Source: an uncultured delta proteobacterium (lineage in GTDB: Bacteria; Myxococcota_A; Polyangia; Haliangiales; Haliangiaceae). Taken from it: a stretch of DNA of 64,000 bases. The DNA is taken from assembly GCA_963848295.1 (NCBI GenBank), contig CAWKDB010000010.1, positions 736,001-800,000 on the forward strand, read 5' to 3'. Position 1 is the stretch's first letter, and each line of letters opens with the position of its first letter. The notes below the pieces were generated by a model, which saw only the letters and a program-made list of their open reading frames with translations, searched no databases and was not told where the DNA came from. Shown here piece by piece: positions 22,250 through 32,199 of this stretch. Made by a program: the position numbers and the translations under genes.

Positions 22250-23368
22250 CTACGGCGCGACCTCGGGCGCGGTCGATTGGCCCTGCCCCGGCGACGTCGA
22301 GACCTGGTCGCAGCGCACCCGTAACGGCGTGTCCGAGATCAGCGCGGCACCGAAGATCTTCTTCGCGAGGTCGTAGTCGTCGATCGGCGCGGACACGTGG
22401 CCCTGGACGAGCTGCCAGCGGCAGTTGTCGCCGGGACACGACGCCTTGCCATCGATCGGCCGGTCCTCGAACACGAAGGTGCCACGCAACCGCACGCGCG
22501 CGGGTGGCTCGCCCGGTCGAGTCGCCTGATCGGTGACGAACGTGCCGATCCAGTACGCGATCGTCGACTTGCCGGGCGCCCGCCCGACCGTGCCGATCCG
22601 GCGGCCCTCGTCGATCAGCCGGCTCTCGACGACGTGCGCCGCCGCGATCTCCACCGGACCGTGCCATTCGTCTTCCAGCTTGGGCCCGATCAAGAACGCG
22701 TCGGCGGGAATGGAGTCGGCCGCCGACACCTGATGCGTCAGCACCGGATCGACGACGCGCGACAAGTTATCGGCGAGGTCGGTCCAGTGGTTGACGATCG
22801 CGGACGGCACGGTCTTGCTGAGTGGCTGGCCCTCCGGAGATGGCGGCGGGGCGAACGACATGTGCTCGAACACGACGACCCAGCGATCGCCGTCGTGCGC
22901 GTAGAGCGCGGTGATCCGCAGCGGGATCACCGCGCTGCGGCCACACGTCGAGATCCGCCACGACAGCTCGTCGGACATCCACGCCGCCGGTACCTCCCCA
23001 CGCTTGCCTGCGAGATGGATCTCGAGGTGCTTGCTGCGGATCTCGGTCTGATCGCGATCGATGTCGAGTGGCCAGCGACCGGGCGGCCGCGTCGCGCCCT
23101 TGCGATCGTAGAGCACGTCGTCCGGTCCGACACCGATCCGCGCCCCCCCGACATCGCCGCCGATCATCGAGGTCTGGAAGTCGGGCGCCTCGTCGCGCTC
23201 GTAGCTCGACAAGATATCGTCCTTGAGCTCGGCGAGCATGCGGTCGCGGCGCTCGTCCTCGGTGTCGGCGCCGCTCGGGCTGATGTCGTGCAACACGGGC
23301 GGCGGCTTGGTCGTGCCGCACGCGGTGATGAACGCGAGTGCGAGCGCTGTCGCGTGCGTTTGGCTCAT
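22250..23368 (-). CDS. Hypothetical lipoprotein with two SnoaL/NTF2-like halves
   Basis: Lipobox FITAC; WVVVFEHMSF and WQLVQGHVSAP ends; coupled to the mocA-like gene. Confidence 0.6.
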   Translation of the reverse strand: MSQTHATALALAFITACGTTKPPPVLHDISPSGADTEDERRDRMLAELKDDILSSYERDEAPDFQTSMIGGDVGGARIGVGPDDVLYDRKGATRPPGRWPLDIDRDQTEIRSKHLEIHLAGKRGEVPAAWMSDELSWRISTCGRSAVIPLRITALYAHDGDRWVVVFEHMSFAPPPSPEGQPLSKTVPSAIVNHWTDLADNLSRVVDPVLTHQVSAADSIPADAFLIGPKLEDEWHGPVEIAAAHVVESRLIDEGRRIGTVGRAPGKSTIAYWIGTFVTDQATRPGEPPARVRLRGTFVFEDRPIDGKASCPGDNCRWQLVQGHVSAPIDDYDLAKKIFGAALISDTPLRVRCDQVSTSPGQGQSTAPEVAP

Positions 23369-23940
23369 CGCGCGGCCTCGAGCTCGGCTGGCGTATCGAT
23401 GTCGCGCACGCAACCGGGGTCGTCGACCGCGACATCGACCACATCGGCACCCGCGAGCACGACCCGCGCCGACGACTGCGCGCAACCCGCCAGCTCGCGC
23501 CACAGCGAGCGAGCGACGAGCGGCGGATGGCCACCGCGTCCGTGGTACGTGGGTCGCGCCGCCGAGTGCGACCCGATCGCGGCGGTGAGCGCACGCAGCG
23601 TCGCCGCGGTCACCGCCGGGTGATCGACCGGCCACAGCCAGGCGGCCTCGCCGGCGCGCAACGCGGCGAAGCCGAGCGCGATCGAGCTCGCCATCCCGCG
23701 TGCAGGCTCGGGGTTGACGATGACCTCGGCGCCGAGCTCGCGAGCGTGCCGCGCGACCTCATCGCCGAACGGAGGGCCGACGACGACGATCGCACCACCG
23801 CCGAGCTCGCGCACCGTGCCGAGGATCCGAGCCAAGAACGTCGCGTCATCGCGGACGAGCAACGCCTTCGCGACGCCGCCGAGCCGCGTGCCGGCCCCGG
23901 CCGCCAGCACGACCGCGGTCGGCCCAGACTCAGTCGCCAT
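23365..23940 (-). CDS. MobA/MocA-like nucleotidyltransferase (Moco cytidylyltransferase)
   Basis: VLAAGAGTRLG, GMASSI, PVDHP, GHPPL, DIDTP; next to xdhC. Confidence 0.85.
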   Translation of the reverse strand: MATESGPTAVVLAAGAGTRLGGVAKALLVRDDATFLARILGTVRELGGGAIVVVGPPFGDEVARHARELGAEVIVNPEPARGMASSIALGFAALRAGEAAWLWPVDHPAVTAATLRALTAAIGSHSAARPTYHGRGGHPPLVARSLWRELAGCAQSSARVVLAGADVVDVAVDDPGCVRDIDTPAELEAAR

Positions 23941-24928
23941 CGCGCACCGGATAGGTCCAATCGCCCGACGACGCTCGGCCACGACGCCGCATCGCGATCA
24001 GCTCCGCCGCGATCGCGATCGCGATCTCCTCGGGCGTCTCCGCGCCGATGTCCAGGCCGACCGGTGCGTGCAGCCGCTTCCATCGCGCCGCGCCGACCTC
24101 GCCGTCGATCAACCCGCGCGCCTCGAGCCGTTTGCGAAACCGGCCGACCTTGCCGCGGCTGCCGATCATCCCGAGATAAGCGACATCGTCGCGGCCGACG
24201 AGCTGCTCGAGCAGGCGTTGATCGATCGCGTGATCGCGCGTCACGATCAGCACGTAGTCGTCGACCGTGAAGCTGCCGATCGCGCGCTCGACCTCGGCCG
24301 GATCGAACGACTCGATCACGCGCGCGGCCCAGCTCGGCGTCGGCAGGAGCGCGCCGGTCTCGCCGTCGTCGCACGCGATCACGTCGAAGTCGAGCTCGGC
24401 CAGCAGCGGACCGAGCGCGCGGCCGACGTGGCCGAGGCCGAACACGATCGCTCGCTCCGGCACGCCGATGACCTCGATCAGGTCGACGCCTTTGACGACC
24501 GGTTGGTGCAAGCGCGGATCGCCGGCGGCGGTGTCGCGCACGCTCAGTGGCCCACCGTCGAGCGGCGTGATCAGCGCGCGCGGCAGCTCGCTCGCCACCA
24601 ACGTCTCGAGCGCCGCCCGCGACGGCTCGGCCGGCGTGATCGCGACCTCCATCGCGCCGCCGCAACACATCGCGAGATCGCGCACGAGGTGCTGGCGCAC
24701 GACCCGGGCGGGCGCTCCATCGGCGACCTCGCGTGCCGCCGCGACGACGAGCGCCTCGATCCGGCCGCCGCCGATCGTGCCGAATTGCTCGCCGGCCGAG
24801 GTCACCGCCATCCGCGCGCCGAGATGGCGCGGCGTCGAGCCCTGCACGCCCGTCACCGCCGCGATCGCGACGCCCTGCCCGTTCGCGAGCGCGCGCAACG
24901 CGGCGCCGAAGACGTCGGTCCGAGCCAT
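23930..24928 (-). CDS. xdhC: XdhC/CoxI family molybdoenzyme maturation factor
   Basis: GSTPRHLGARM, GTIGGG, MCCGG, FGLGHVG, YLGMIGS, PVGLDIGAETPEEIA. Confidence 0.88.
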   Translation of the reverse strand: MARTDVFGAALRALANGQGVAIAAVTGVQGSTPRHLGARMAVTSAGEQFGTIGGGRIEALVVAAAREVADGAPARVVRQHLVRDLAMCCGGAMEVAITPAEPSRAALETLVASELPRALITPLDGGPLSVRDTAAGDPRLHQPVVKGVDLIEVIGVPERAIVFGLGHVGRALGPLLAELDFDVIACDDGETGALLPTPSWAARVIESFDPAEVERAIGSFTVDDYVLIVTRDHAIDQRLLEQLVGRDDVAYLGMIGSRGKVGRFRKRLEARGLIDGEVGAARWKRLHAPVGLDIGAETPEEIAIAIAAELIAMRRRGRASSGDWTYPVRDGD

Positions 24929-25022
24929 CTCGGACAGACTATAGCGGAGCGGCTTCGCCGTCATTTATCCCCACCACCAACCCCGGCCTGTCGGTTCGCT
25001 TCCGCACTCCGCGCTTCGCGGC

Positions 25023-25799
25023 CTACCCGCGAATCGCCAGCACGTGGTCGACGACCTCGCGCAACCCGGCGCCCTCGGCCCGTTCCGTCAGGTACGCGGG
25101 CTTGAACGCGAGCTCATCCCACCACGCCTTGATATTCGCGACGCCGACGCTGGTCGGGAACCCTCCGAACATCGGCGCGTCGTTGAGCGCGTCGCCGACA
25201 TAGACGTAGGGTGCGAGGTCGTTCGCGTCGCCGTCGAGCACCTGGCGTACGACCGTCATGCACGCCGACAGCTTGTCGAAGTGCGGCGGCCCGAAGTTGA
25301 CGTGCACGCTCGACCGCACCGCGGTGAACCCGTGCTTGCGCAACAGCTTCACGCACATCTCGGCGTCCTCTGTCGACAGCGACGCCTCCTCGTTGTAGTC
25401 GATCGCGAGATCGACCTCGCGGTACTTCGAGTCGCTCGACAGATGCGCACCCGGCACCTTCGACATCACGTCGAGTACCGCATCGTTCATCCGCCGCCGC
25501 CACTCGGGCAAGCTCGCGGCCGGCACGCCGTAGAGCTTGCGCAGCCGCTTGCCCTCGCGCACGAACGTCACGCCGCCGTTCTCGCTGACGACCGCGAGCA
25601 CCGGCGTCATCTTCATCAACGCGAAGCCGAAGCCCGCGGGCCTTCCGGTGACCATGATCACCGGCACGCCGGCCTCGCCCAGACGCTCGAGCGCGGCATA
25701 GGTCTGAGCCTCGATGTGCTCGCCGGTCGTCATCGTGCCGTCGATATCGGAGAACAGCGCGCGCACCGGCCCGCGCATTTCGGAGAGAGGCCGCGACAT
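25023..25799 (-). CDS. HAD-IIB family hydrolase
   Basis: FSDIDGT, VTGRP, SENGG, VGDALNDAPMF. Confidence 0.88.
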   Translation of the reverse strand: MSRPLSEMRGPVRALFSDIDGTMTTGEHIEAQTYAALERLGEAGVPVIMVTGRPAGFGFALMKMTPVLAVVSENGGVTFVREGKRLRKLYGVPAASLPEWRRRMNDAVLDVMSKVPGAHLSSDSKYREVDLAIDYNEEASLSTEDAEMCVKLLRKHGFTAVRSSVHVNFGPPHFDKLSACMTVVRQVLDGDANDLAPYVYVGDALNDAPMFGGFPTSVGVANIKAWWDELAFKPAYLTERAEGAGLREVVDHVLAIRG

Positions 25800-25829
25800 C
25801 GGCGCGGGTCATAGCATAGTCTTCGCGCC

Positions 25830-26198
25830 ATGGTCGCAGCCCTCTCCGCCGACACGATGTCGCATCACAAGATCCTCATCATCACGACGCTGACGCCGCC
25901 ACCCGGCTTCGAGGTCGAGGCGATCCTTGGCCCTTGTTGGGGCATCACGGTGCGCTCGCGCTCGGTCGTCGGTCAGGCGTGCGCCGGCTGTCAGACGTTC
26001 GCGGGCGGCGAGATCACGGCGCTGACCAAGCTCGCGACCGACTCGCGCAACGAGGCGATGGATCGCCTCGAGCAGCACGCCATGGCGATCGGCGGCAACG
26101 CGGTGTTCGGCCTCCAATTCGACTCGGGCGAGCTCATGCAGAACACGAACGAGATCGTCGCGTACGGCACCGCGGTCAAGCTACGCAAGCTGAGCTAG
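25830..26198 (+). CDS. YbjQ (UPF0145) family protein
   Basis: GITVRSR, GGEI, SRNEAMDRL, GGNAVFG, AYGTAV. Confidence 0.85.
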   Translation: MVAALSADTMSHHKILIITTLTPPPGFEVEAILGPCWGITVRSRSVVGQACAGCQTFAGGEITALTKLATDSRNEAMDRLEQHAMAIGGNAVFGLQFDSGELMQNTNEIVAYGTAVKLRKLS

Positions 26199-26200
26199 CA

Positions 26201-26914
26201 ATGGTCTCGATTCCGGTCCCGATCCGGCCGCGCAAGCTAACGCACGATACGGCGCGCAAGCTTGATAGGCTGTCGGTGCGCGCGCATCGCTTTCATCGCT
26301 TCGCGCATCATCCGTTGTGCGATCGCTATGCCGGCGAGGTCGTCCGCTTCGGTCGAGTCCGACTGTGCCGCGGTTGCACGTTCGCGCTCGCGGGCGGCGT
26401 CATCGGTGGCGGCGCCGGACTCGCGCTCGGTGGATCGATCGCGATCGGGGTCGCGGCGATCGCGACTGCGACGCTCGTGCTTGTCGCCACGCTCTATCGC
26501 CGCGCTCGGGTTGCCAAGCTCGTGACTCGGTTCGTCCCCGCCGCGTTGTTCACACTCGCGATCACGTGCGGCGTGCTCGAGACGTCGCTCGCCGGTGCGA
26601 TGGTCGCGGCTTTCGCGGCGGCGGCCGTCGTTGGCTTGCGCATGCTCTACGGCCGGCGCGGGGCCGACCGATCCCCATGCACGTCATGTCCCGAACGCGA
26701 GCTATCGCCGTGCTCGGGGTTCGCGCCGATCGTGTTGCGCGAGCGCGCGTTTCAACGCGTGGCCGCGCGCTACTTAAGCGATCAAGCGCAGAGCCGTGTC
26801 ATCGACCGCGGCCGCAGCCGGGGTGCGAATCGAGCGATCGCGCTGGCGCGACAGCCAGTCCTCGAGATCGCTCTGGTTGAGCCGAACGATGCCGCCCACC
26901 TTGAACACAGGTAG
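26201..26914 (+). CDS. Cys-rich hypothetical membrane protein
   Basis: HHPLC, LCRGC, about 4 TM helices, CTSC; 3' end overlaps the convergent HTH gene. Confidence 0.6.
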   Translation: MVSIPVPIRPRKLTHDTARKLDRLSVRAHRFHRFAHHPLCDRYAGEVVRFGRVRLCRGCTFALAGGVIGGGAGLALGGSIAIGVAAIATATLVLVATLYRRARVAKLVTRFVPAALFTLAITCGVLETSLAGAMVAAFAAAAVVGLRMLYGRRGADRSPCTSCPERELSPCSGFAPIVLRERAFQRVAARYLSDQAQSRVIDRGRSRGANRAIALARQPVLEIALVEPNDAAHLEHR

Positions 26915-27010
26915 TGGATCATTCGCGCGCCGTGCCATGTACCGGCACCAACGCTCCGACCGCCCCAGCGCAGTGGCGATTCCCTTCCAGGTCTCGACAA
27001 AATTCGACAT
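26774..27010 (-). CDS. Small Xis/MerR-like helix-turn-helix DNA-binding protein
   Basis: WKGIATALGRSERW ... LPVFKVGGIVRLNQSDLEDWL; GGAGGA SD upstream. Confidence 0.8.
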   Translation of the reverse strand: MSNFVETWKGIATALGRSERWCRYMARRANDPLPVFKVGGIVRLNQSDLEDWLSRQRDRSIRTPAAAAVDDTALRLIA

Positions 27011-27236
27011 CGGTCCTCCGTGACGCGGACATTGTGCAGCCCACGTGCCGGCCGGAGATCGCGCGCGCAAATCTAGTAACTTCAGGGTGTTAGTCGAAGT
27101 CACAGGGTGTCCAACAGCGACCAAGGATTAACACCCACCGACGCAAAAACTGACACAGTTGTCGCTAAATTTCCGCAGTGCCAAGCGTGCGCGCGGACCT
27201 GGCAGAACCGCAACCGCGCCAGTATCCTGAGCAAAC

Positions 27237-29117
27237 ATGCTCGGACATGAGCGGCGAACAGCCGCGGTCCTCTCGGCGGCCATGGTGGTGGCCCTGGCTA
27301 GCGTCGCGCACGCGGCACCGGAGATCTACCCGCTTGAAAAAGTGCACCGTGGGCAGACCGGCTACGGGATGACGACGATGGCCGGGACCGTGCCCGAGCG
27401 GTTCACGTTCGAGGTCGTCTCGGTCATGCACAACTTCCTGCCGAAGCAGGACATCATCCTGGTCAAGTCGGACGATCCGAAAGTCCAGCTCACCGGCTTC
27501 TGGCAGGGGATGTCGGGCAGCCCGCTGTTCATCGAAGACAAGCTGGCCTGCGCGTTCAGCTACGGGTTCCGGTTCAACAAGGTCGCGCTCGGCGGCTGCA
27601 CGCCGCTCCAGTACATGAAGCAGCGACGGTCTCGACTCGTTCCGCCGCGGCGTCGTGCAAGCGCAGAAGGGCGGCGGACCACGCGTGATCATGCCGGCGG
27701 CTTCGACGATGGCCGATTGGCAGCACTTGACCGGCACGGTCGATCCGCAAGCCGCGCTCGACGCGCTCGGACCGGCGCGCCGCAACTGGTTGCTATCGGC
27801 GCCGCTGCCGGCGGCGGTGCCCAAGCCCGGGCCGGTCGACGGCGAGACGATGACCGCATCGGTGCCGCTCGCGATCGCCGGGTTCTCGGCGCCCGCGTTC
27901 GCGCAGCTCGCGAAGGTGTTCGGTGATTCCGACGTCACGCCGATGCGCGCGGGCGGTGCCGGCGGGAGCACGACCGAAGCGGCGCCGGCGAAGCTCGTCA
28001 TGGGCGGCACGATCGCGGTGGAGCTGATCCGCGGCGATATGTCGGCCGCGGCGTTCGGCACGGTGTCCTACATCGACGGTGACAAGATCCTCGCGTTCGG
28101 GCATCCGATGTTCCAGACCGGCGAGACCTACGCACCGGTCGCGACCGCGATCACCCACACCGTGATCCCGTCGTCGCAGAGCGCGTTCTTGCTGGCTTCC
28201 GCCGGGGTCGAGGTCGGCTCGCTGATCCAGGATCGTCAAGCCGCGATCATGGCCGACACCAGCCTGCGCACGCACGACGATCCCGGTCGACATCAGATCG
28301 ACGAGCGCGAGCGGCAAGCACAGCGAGGCAGGCTCGTTCCACGTCGAGCTGCTCGACAACAAGTTCCTGACGCCGGCGATCGCGGGCGCGGCGGTGATGA
28401 ACGCGATCAACTACTACCTGCCCGATCGCGACGACGTCACCGCGCGGATCGAGTCGACCGTACGAATCAAGGGCGGCGAGCCGTTGACGTTCGTCGATTA
28501 CCTCTACGCGAACGACGGCGCAGCTTCGGTCATGGGCGCCGTGCGCGGCTTGCGCGTGCTCGTGCCGCTGCTTGCTCAACCCGTTCGGCCAGGTCGATAT
28601 CGAGCGCGTCGATCTCGAAGATCGACCTCAAGTTCGAAGCGAACTACGGCGAGCTCAAGGAGGTCAACGTGCCGACCGGCGAGCTCATCCCGGGCCAGCG
28701 CAACACGCTGCACGTCCACCTGCAGGGCTTCGACGGCAAGGACATCGACGAGGATCTGCCGGTCGACGTGCCCGAGAGCGTCGCGGGCGGAATCGTGCAG
28801 CTCGAGGTCGTGCGCCGGCGACGCCGCGAAGCTCGACGCCGCACCGCCGGTCGATCTGCCTTCGCTGATCGGCGCGTTCCGCAAGCTGTTGCCGGGCAAC
28901 GTGTGGTCGGCGACGATCTATCCCGCCGACGAAGGCGTCGCGCTCGACGGCAAGGTCGTCCGCGATTTGCCCCCGAGCGCGCTCGACAAGCTGCATCCGC
29001 AGAGCCGGAACTCAGCGCGCGCAGCCGTATCAAGTCCGCTCGCGCGCACGCTGTCGCCCGAGCAGGCGCGTGATCAACGGGTCGTCGACGATGTTCGTGC
29101 GAGTTCGAGCCAAGTAA
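27237..29117 (+). CDS. SpoIVB/S55 peptidase-domain secreted protein, broken by several +1 indels
   Basis: QGMSGSPLFIEDKL, GTVSYIDGDKILAFGHPM, QDRQAAI, DAAPPVDL; ends VRVRAK* after frame repair. Confidence 0.75.
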
Positions 29118-29126
29118 GGAGCTACC

Positions 29127-31255
29127 GTGAAAGTTCTGTCGTCCTCGCTCGCTGCGGCGCTCGTCGCACTCGTCGCCTTGCCCGCCGATGCCGTCGTCAC
29201 CGCGACCTGGTCGGTCGAGACCTATCAGCAATTCGACGCCGGCGATGCGACGAACGCGTTCATCACCTCGACCGGCGAGCTCCGGCCCGGCTGGGAGACC
29301 AAGCGCACCGGCCTCGAGGGCGATGCGGTCTGGTCCGCGCTGCGACTCGCGGATGGTTCGCTCTTGCTCGGCAGCGATGTCGGCGGCGCGATCTATCGGG
29401 TGACCGATACGGGCCCGAAGAAGCTGGTCTCGCTCGACGGCGCGATCGCGGTCGTGTCGCTCGCGCAGACCAGCGATGGCGCGGTGTGGGCCGGCGCGAT
29501 GCCGGGCAACAAGCTATGGAAGGTCGATGTCGGCGCGGGCAGGGCCAGCGCGGGCCCGCAGCTCAAGGACACGGAGACCATCTGGTCGCTCGCCGCGCAC
29601 GGCGACACCGTCTACGCCGGCACCGGCCCGAACGGCAGGCTGTTCGCGATCAAGGGCGGCAGCGCGAAGACAGGTCGTCAGAGACCGACGACAAGCGGAT
29701 CACCGCGCTCGCGATCACCGACCGACGGCGCGGTGTGGATGGGGACGTCCGAGCGCGCGCTCGTGTTCCGCTACGATCCGAGAGACGGCAAGAGCCGCGC
29801 GATGGCCGACTTCGCCGGCAACGAAGTGACGGCGATCGCGCCGTATCGCGATGGCGTCGTCGTCGCGGCGAACGACCTCGCCGAGACACCGCTCCCGACC
29901 GGCAAGACGGCGACCCAGCTCGAGAGCGCGGAGAAGCCGACCGCCGCCAAAGGCCAGGCGATGAAGGCGCCCGATGCCGGCTCGAAGCCCGGCGCCGACA
30001 AGGATCCGCCGGCGGTCGCCGACCTCGGTCGCAAGGGCGCGAAGAAAGGCAAGGGCGCGTTGTTCCGCGTCGGCAACGACGGCCGCCTCGAGCAGCTGCA
30101 CGCCCTGACCGCGACGTACTTCACGTCGGTCGCGGTGTCGCCCGACGGCGCGATCTACGCCGGCGCCGCCGACAAGGGCCGGATCTACATGGTCGACAGC
30201 GACGGCGCGGTCGCGACCGCGTTCGACGTCGACGAGCGCGCCGTGTCGCAGCTGTGGTTCGATCGGAACTTGTTGTCGTTCACGACCGACGATGCCGCGG
30301 CGCTGTATCGCACGGTCGGCCGTGCATCGGCCGCGCGCTACGTCAGCGACGTGCTCGATGCGCAAGGCGGTCTCGCACTTCGGCAAGCTGACGTGGTCGA
30401 CCTCGGGCAAGGTCAAGCTCGAGACCCGCAGTGGCAACACCGCGAAGCCAGGCATCGGCTGGAGCGAATGGGTGGTGCCCCAGCAGATCGGGAAGCTCGG
30501 CGGCGGCAACGAGGGCGGCAAGATCGCGAGCCCGCCCGGGCGCTACTTGCAGTTCCGCGTCGCGCTCGACGACGATGCCGCGCGCGTTCGCCGCGTCTCG
30601 GCGTACTACGTGCCGCAAAACAGCCGCCACGCTGGTTCAGGACGTCACGGTCGAGCTCGCGACGAAAGAGACGATGCCGACGCTCAAGGATTCGGCCAGC
30701 AAGCCGCGCAGCCCGGTGTTGCGCGTGAAGTGGAAGATCGACAACCCGGACGGCGACGAGACGAGCTACACGCTCGAAGCGCGCCGCGACGGCGAGGCGA
30801 ACTGGCGGCCGATCGCGACCGGCAAGACGCCGCTGACCACGACACAGTGGGACTGGAACACCGAGACCTATCCTGACGGCTGGTATCGCGTGCGCGTGAC
30901 GTCGTCCGACGCCGACGCGAACTCGCCCGACCGCGCGCTGACCTCGACGGCGAGCTCGACGACGTTCGCGATCGATAACACGCGGCCCACGATCGACGGC
31001 TTGAAGATCAGCTACCCGAAGGCCACGGCGCGCGCCACCGATGCGATCTCGACGATCGCCGAGATGGCGTACTCGGTCGACGATGGACCGTGGCAGCTCG
31101 GTACGACGGCCGATGGGTTGTTCGATGATCAGAACGAAGATCTGCGTATCGACATCCCGACCGGTCTGCCACGAGGCACGCACACGCTCGCGGTGCGCGT
31201 CGCCGATTCGGCCGGCAACGTCGGCTCGACCTCGTCGACGTTCATCGTCAGGTAG
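29127..31255 (+). CDS. Secreted beta-propeller protein with C-terminal Ig/FN3-like domains, broken by +1 indels
   Basis: Signal peptide; IWSLA..GDTVYAGTGPNG repeats; ETRSGNT..P..GWSEW; WNTETYPDGWYRVRV; AAGGAG SD. Confidence 0.72.
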
Positions 31256-31273
31256 CTAGCCCCGAGGCGCCGG

Positions 31274-32176
31274 TCACGGGCCCCCGAGCATGCCGCCGAG
31301 CATGCCGGCGATCGTCAACAGCTGTTGCGGCGTGGCGATCACGTCGAGCTCGACGTCCGCATCGTGAGCGTCGATATCGACCTGCTCGAGCATCGACTTG
31401 GCCGCGCCGAGCTGCGGCTTCATCGTGGTCACGAGGTTCGTCGCTTCGGTCGCCGACACCAGCGCGAGCACGACCCGGAGCGTCAGCTTGTCGCCAACCT
31501 CCGCGTTCGCGATGATGTAGCGCGGTGTCGAACCGAGCAAGCCAGCGGCGGTCTTCGTCATGGTCTCGCCGTTGCCGTCGATCGCGAGCCACATCGTAGC
31601 CCCTACTTCGACGTGCGCGAAGATCGCGCCGAACGAGACCGAGCCGCGCAGCGGCGTGCCGCTCTCGAGCACGGCGTGAAAGCTCGCTGGCGTCGACTTC
31701 GCGCCCGTGACGATCACCGCGGTGTGCTCGTCGGCGAACCCGAGTATGCTCGTGACCCCGCCGCTCGTCGCGATCGCGAGGTCGCCGACGATGTGCGTCG
31801 TGCCGAGGTGGTATGCGGTGAAGCATGCGACGACGCGCGACCGATCCGGGCCGCGCATCACCGTGACCGTCGTCTGGTCGGTGGGAGCACCGTGGACCGC
31901 ACTCGCGATGCTGGCGATCGAGCCGAGGATCTCGTTCATGCACGGGACCTTGGTCATGCCGCTGATCCCTGGCTCGATCGTCGTCCACAGGGCGGTGCGG
32001 CGCAGCTTGGCCACGTCGATCGCCATGACCATGTCGGCGTCGCCTGGCAGGAACCCGAGCGCGTCGGCGGCGGTCCGGCTGTACGTCTTCGGCGGTGGCG
32101 CGTGATTGCTCACCGGCCGCGGAGCCGAGCCGCACGCCGCGAGCGTCGCGACAACGAGCAGAGCCGGCCCGCGCAT
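31274..32176 (-). CDS. Hypothetical lipoprotein (paralog of 34290 and 35315)
   Basis: Lipobox LAAC; LGFLPGDADMVMAIDVAKLR motif shared with the paralogs. Confidence 0.7.
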   Translation of the reverse strand: MRGPALLVVATLAACGSAPRPVSNHAPPPKTYSRTAADALGFLPGDADMVMAIDVAKLRRTALWTTIEPGISGMTKVPCMNEILGSIASIASAVHGAPTDQTTVTVMRGPDRSRVVACFTAYHLGTTHIVGDLAIATSGGVTSILGFADEHTAVIVTGAKSTPASFHAVLESGTPLRGSVSFGAIFAHVEVGATMWLAIDGNGETMTKTAAGLLGSTPRYIIANAEVGDKLTLRVVLALVSATEATNLVTTMKPQLGAAKSMLEQVDIDAHDADVELDVIATPQQLLTIAGMLGGMLGGP

Positions 32177-32199
32177 CCAGCGTCCGTAACACGCCGCGG

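Noticed and set aside
26774..27010. Excisionase marking a prophage or ICE
   Set aside because: No integrase, att-like duplication, tRNA or phage genes nearby
27600..30640. Programmed frameshifting or phase variation in the S55 and propeller genes
   Set aside because: Numerous scattered single-base insertions without slippery sites or homopolymer tracts; the same pattern occurs at 736-1871; best explained as read error
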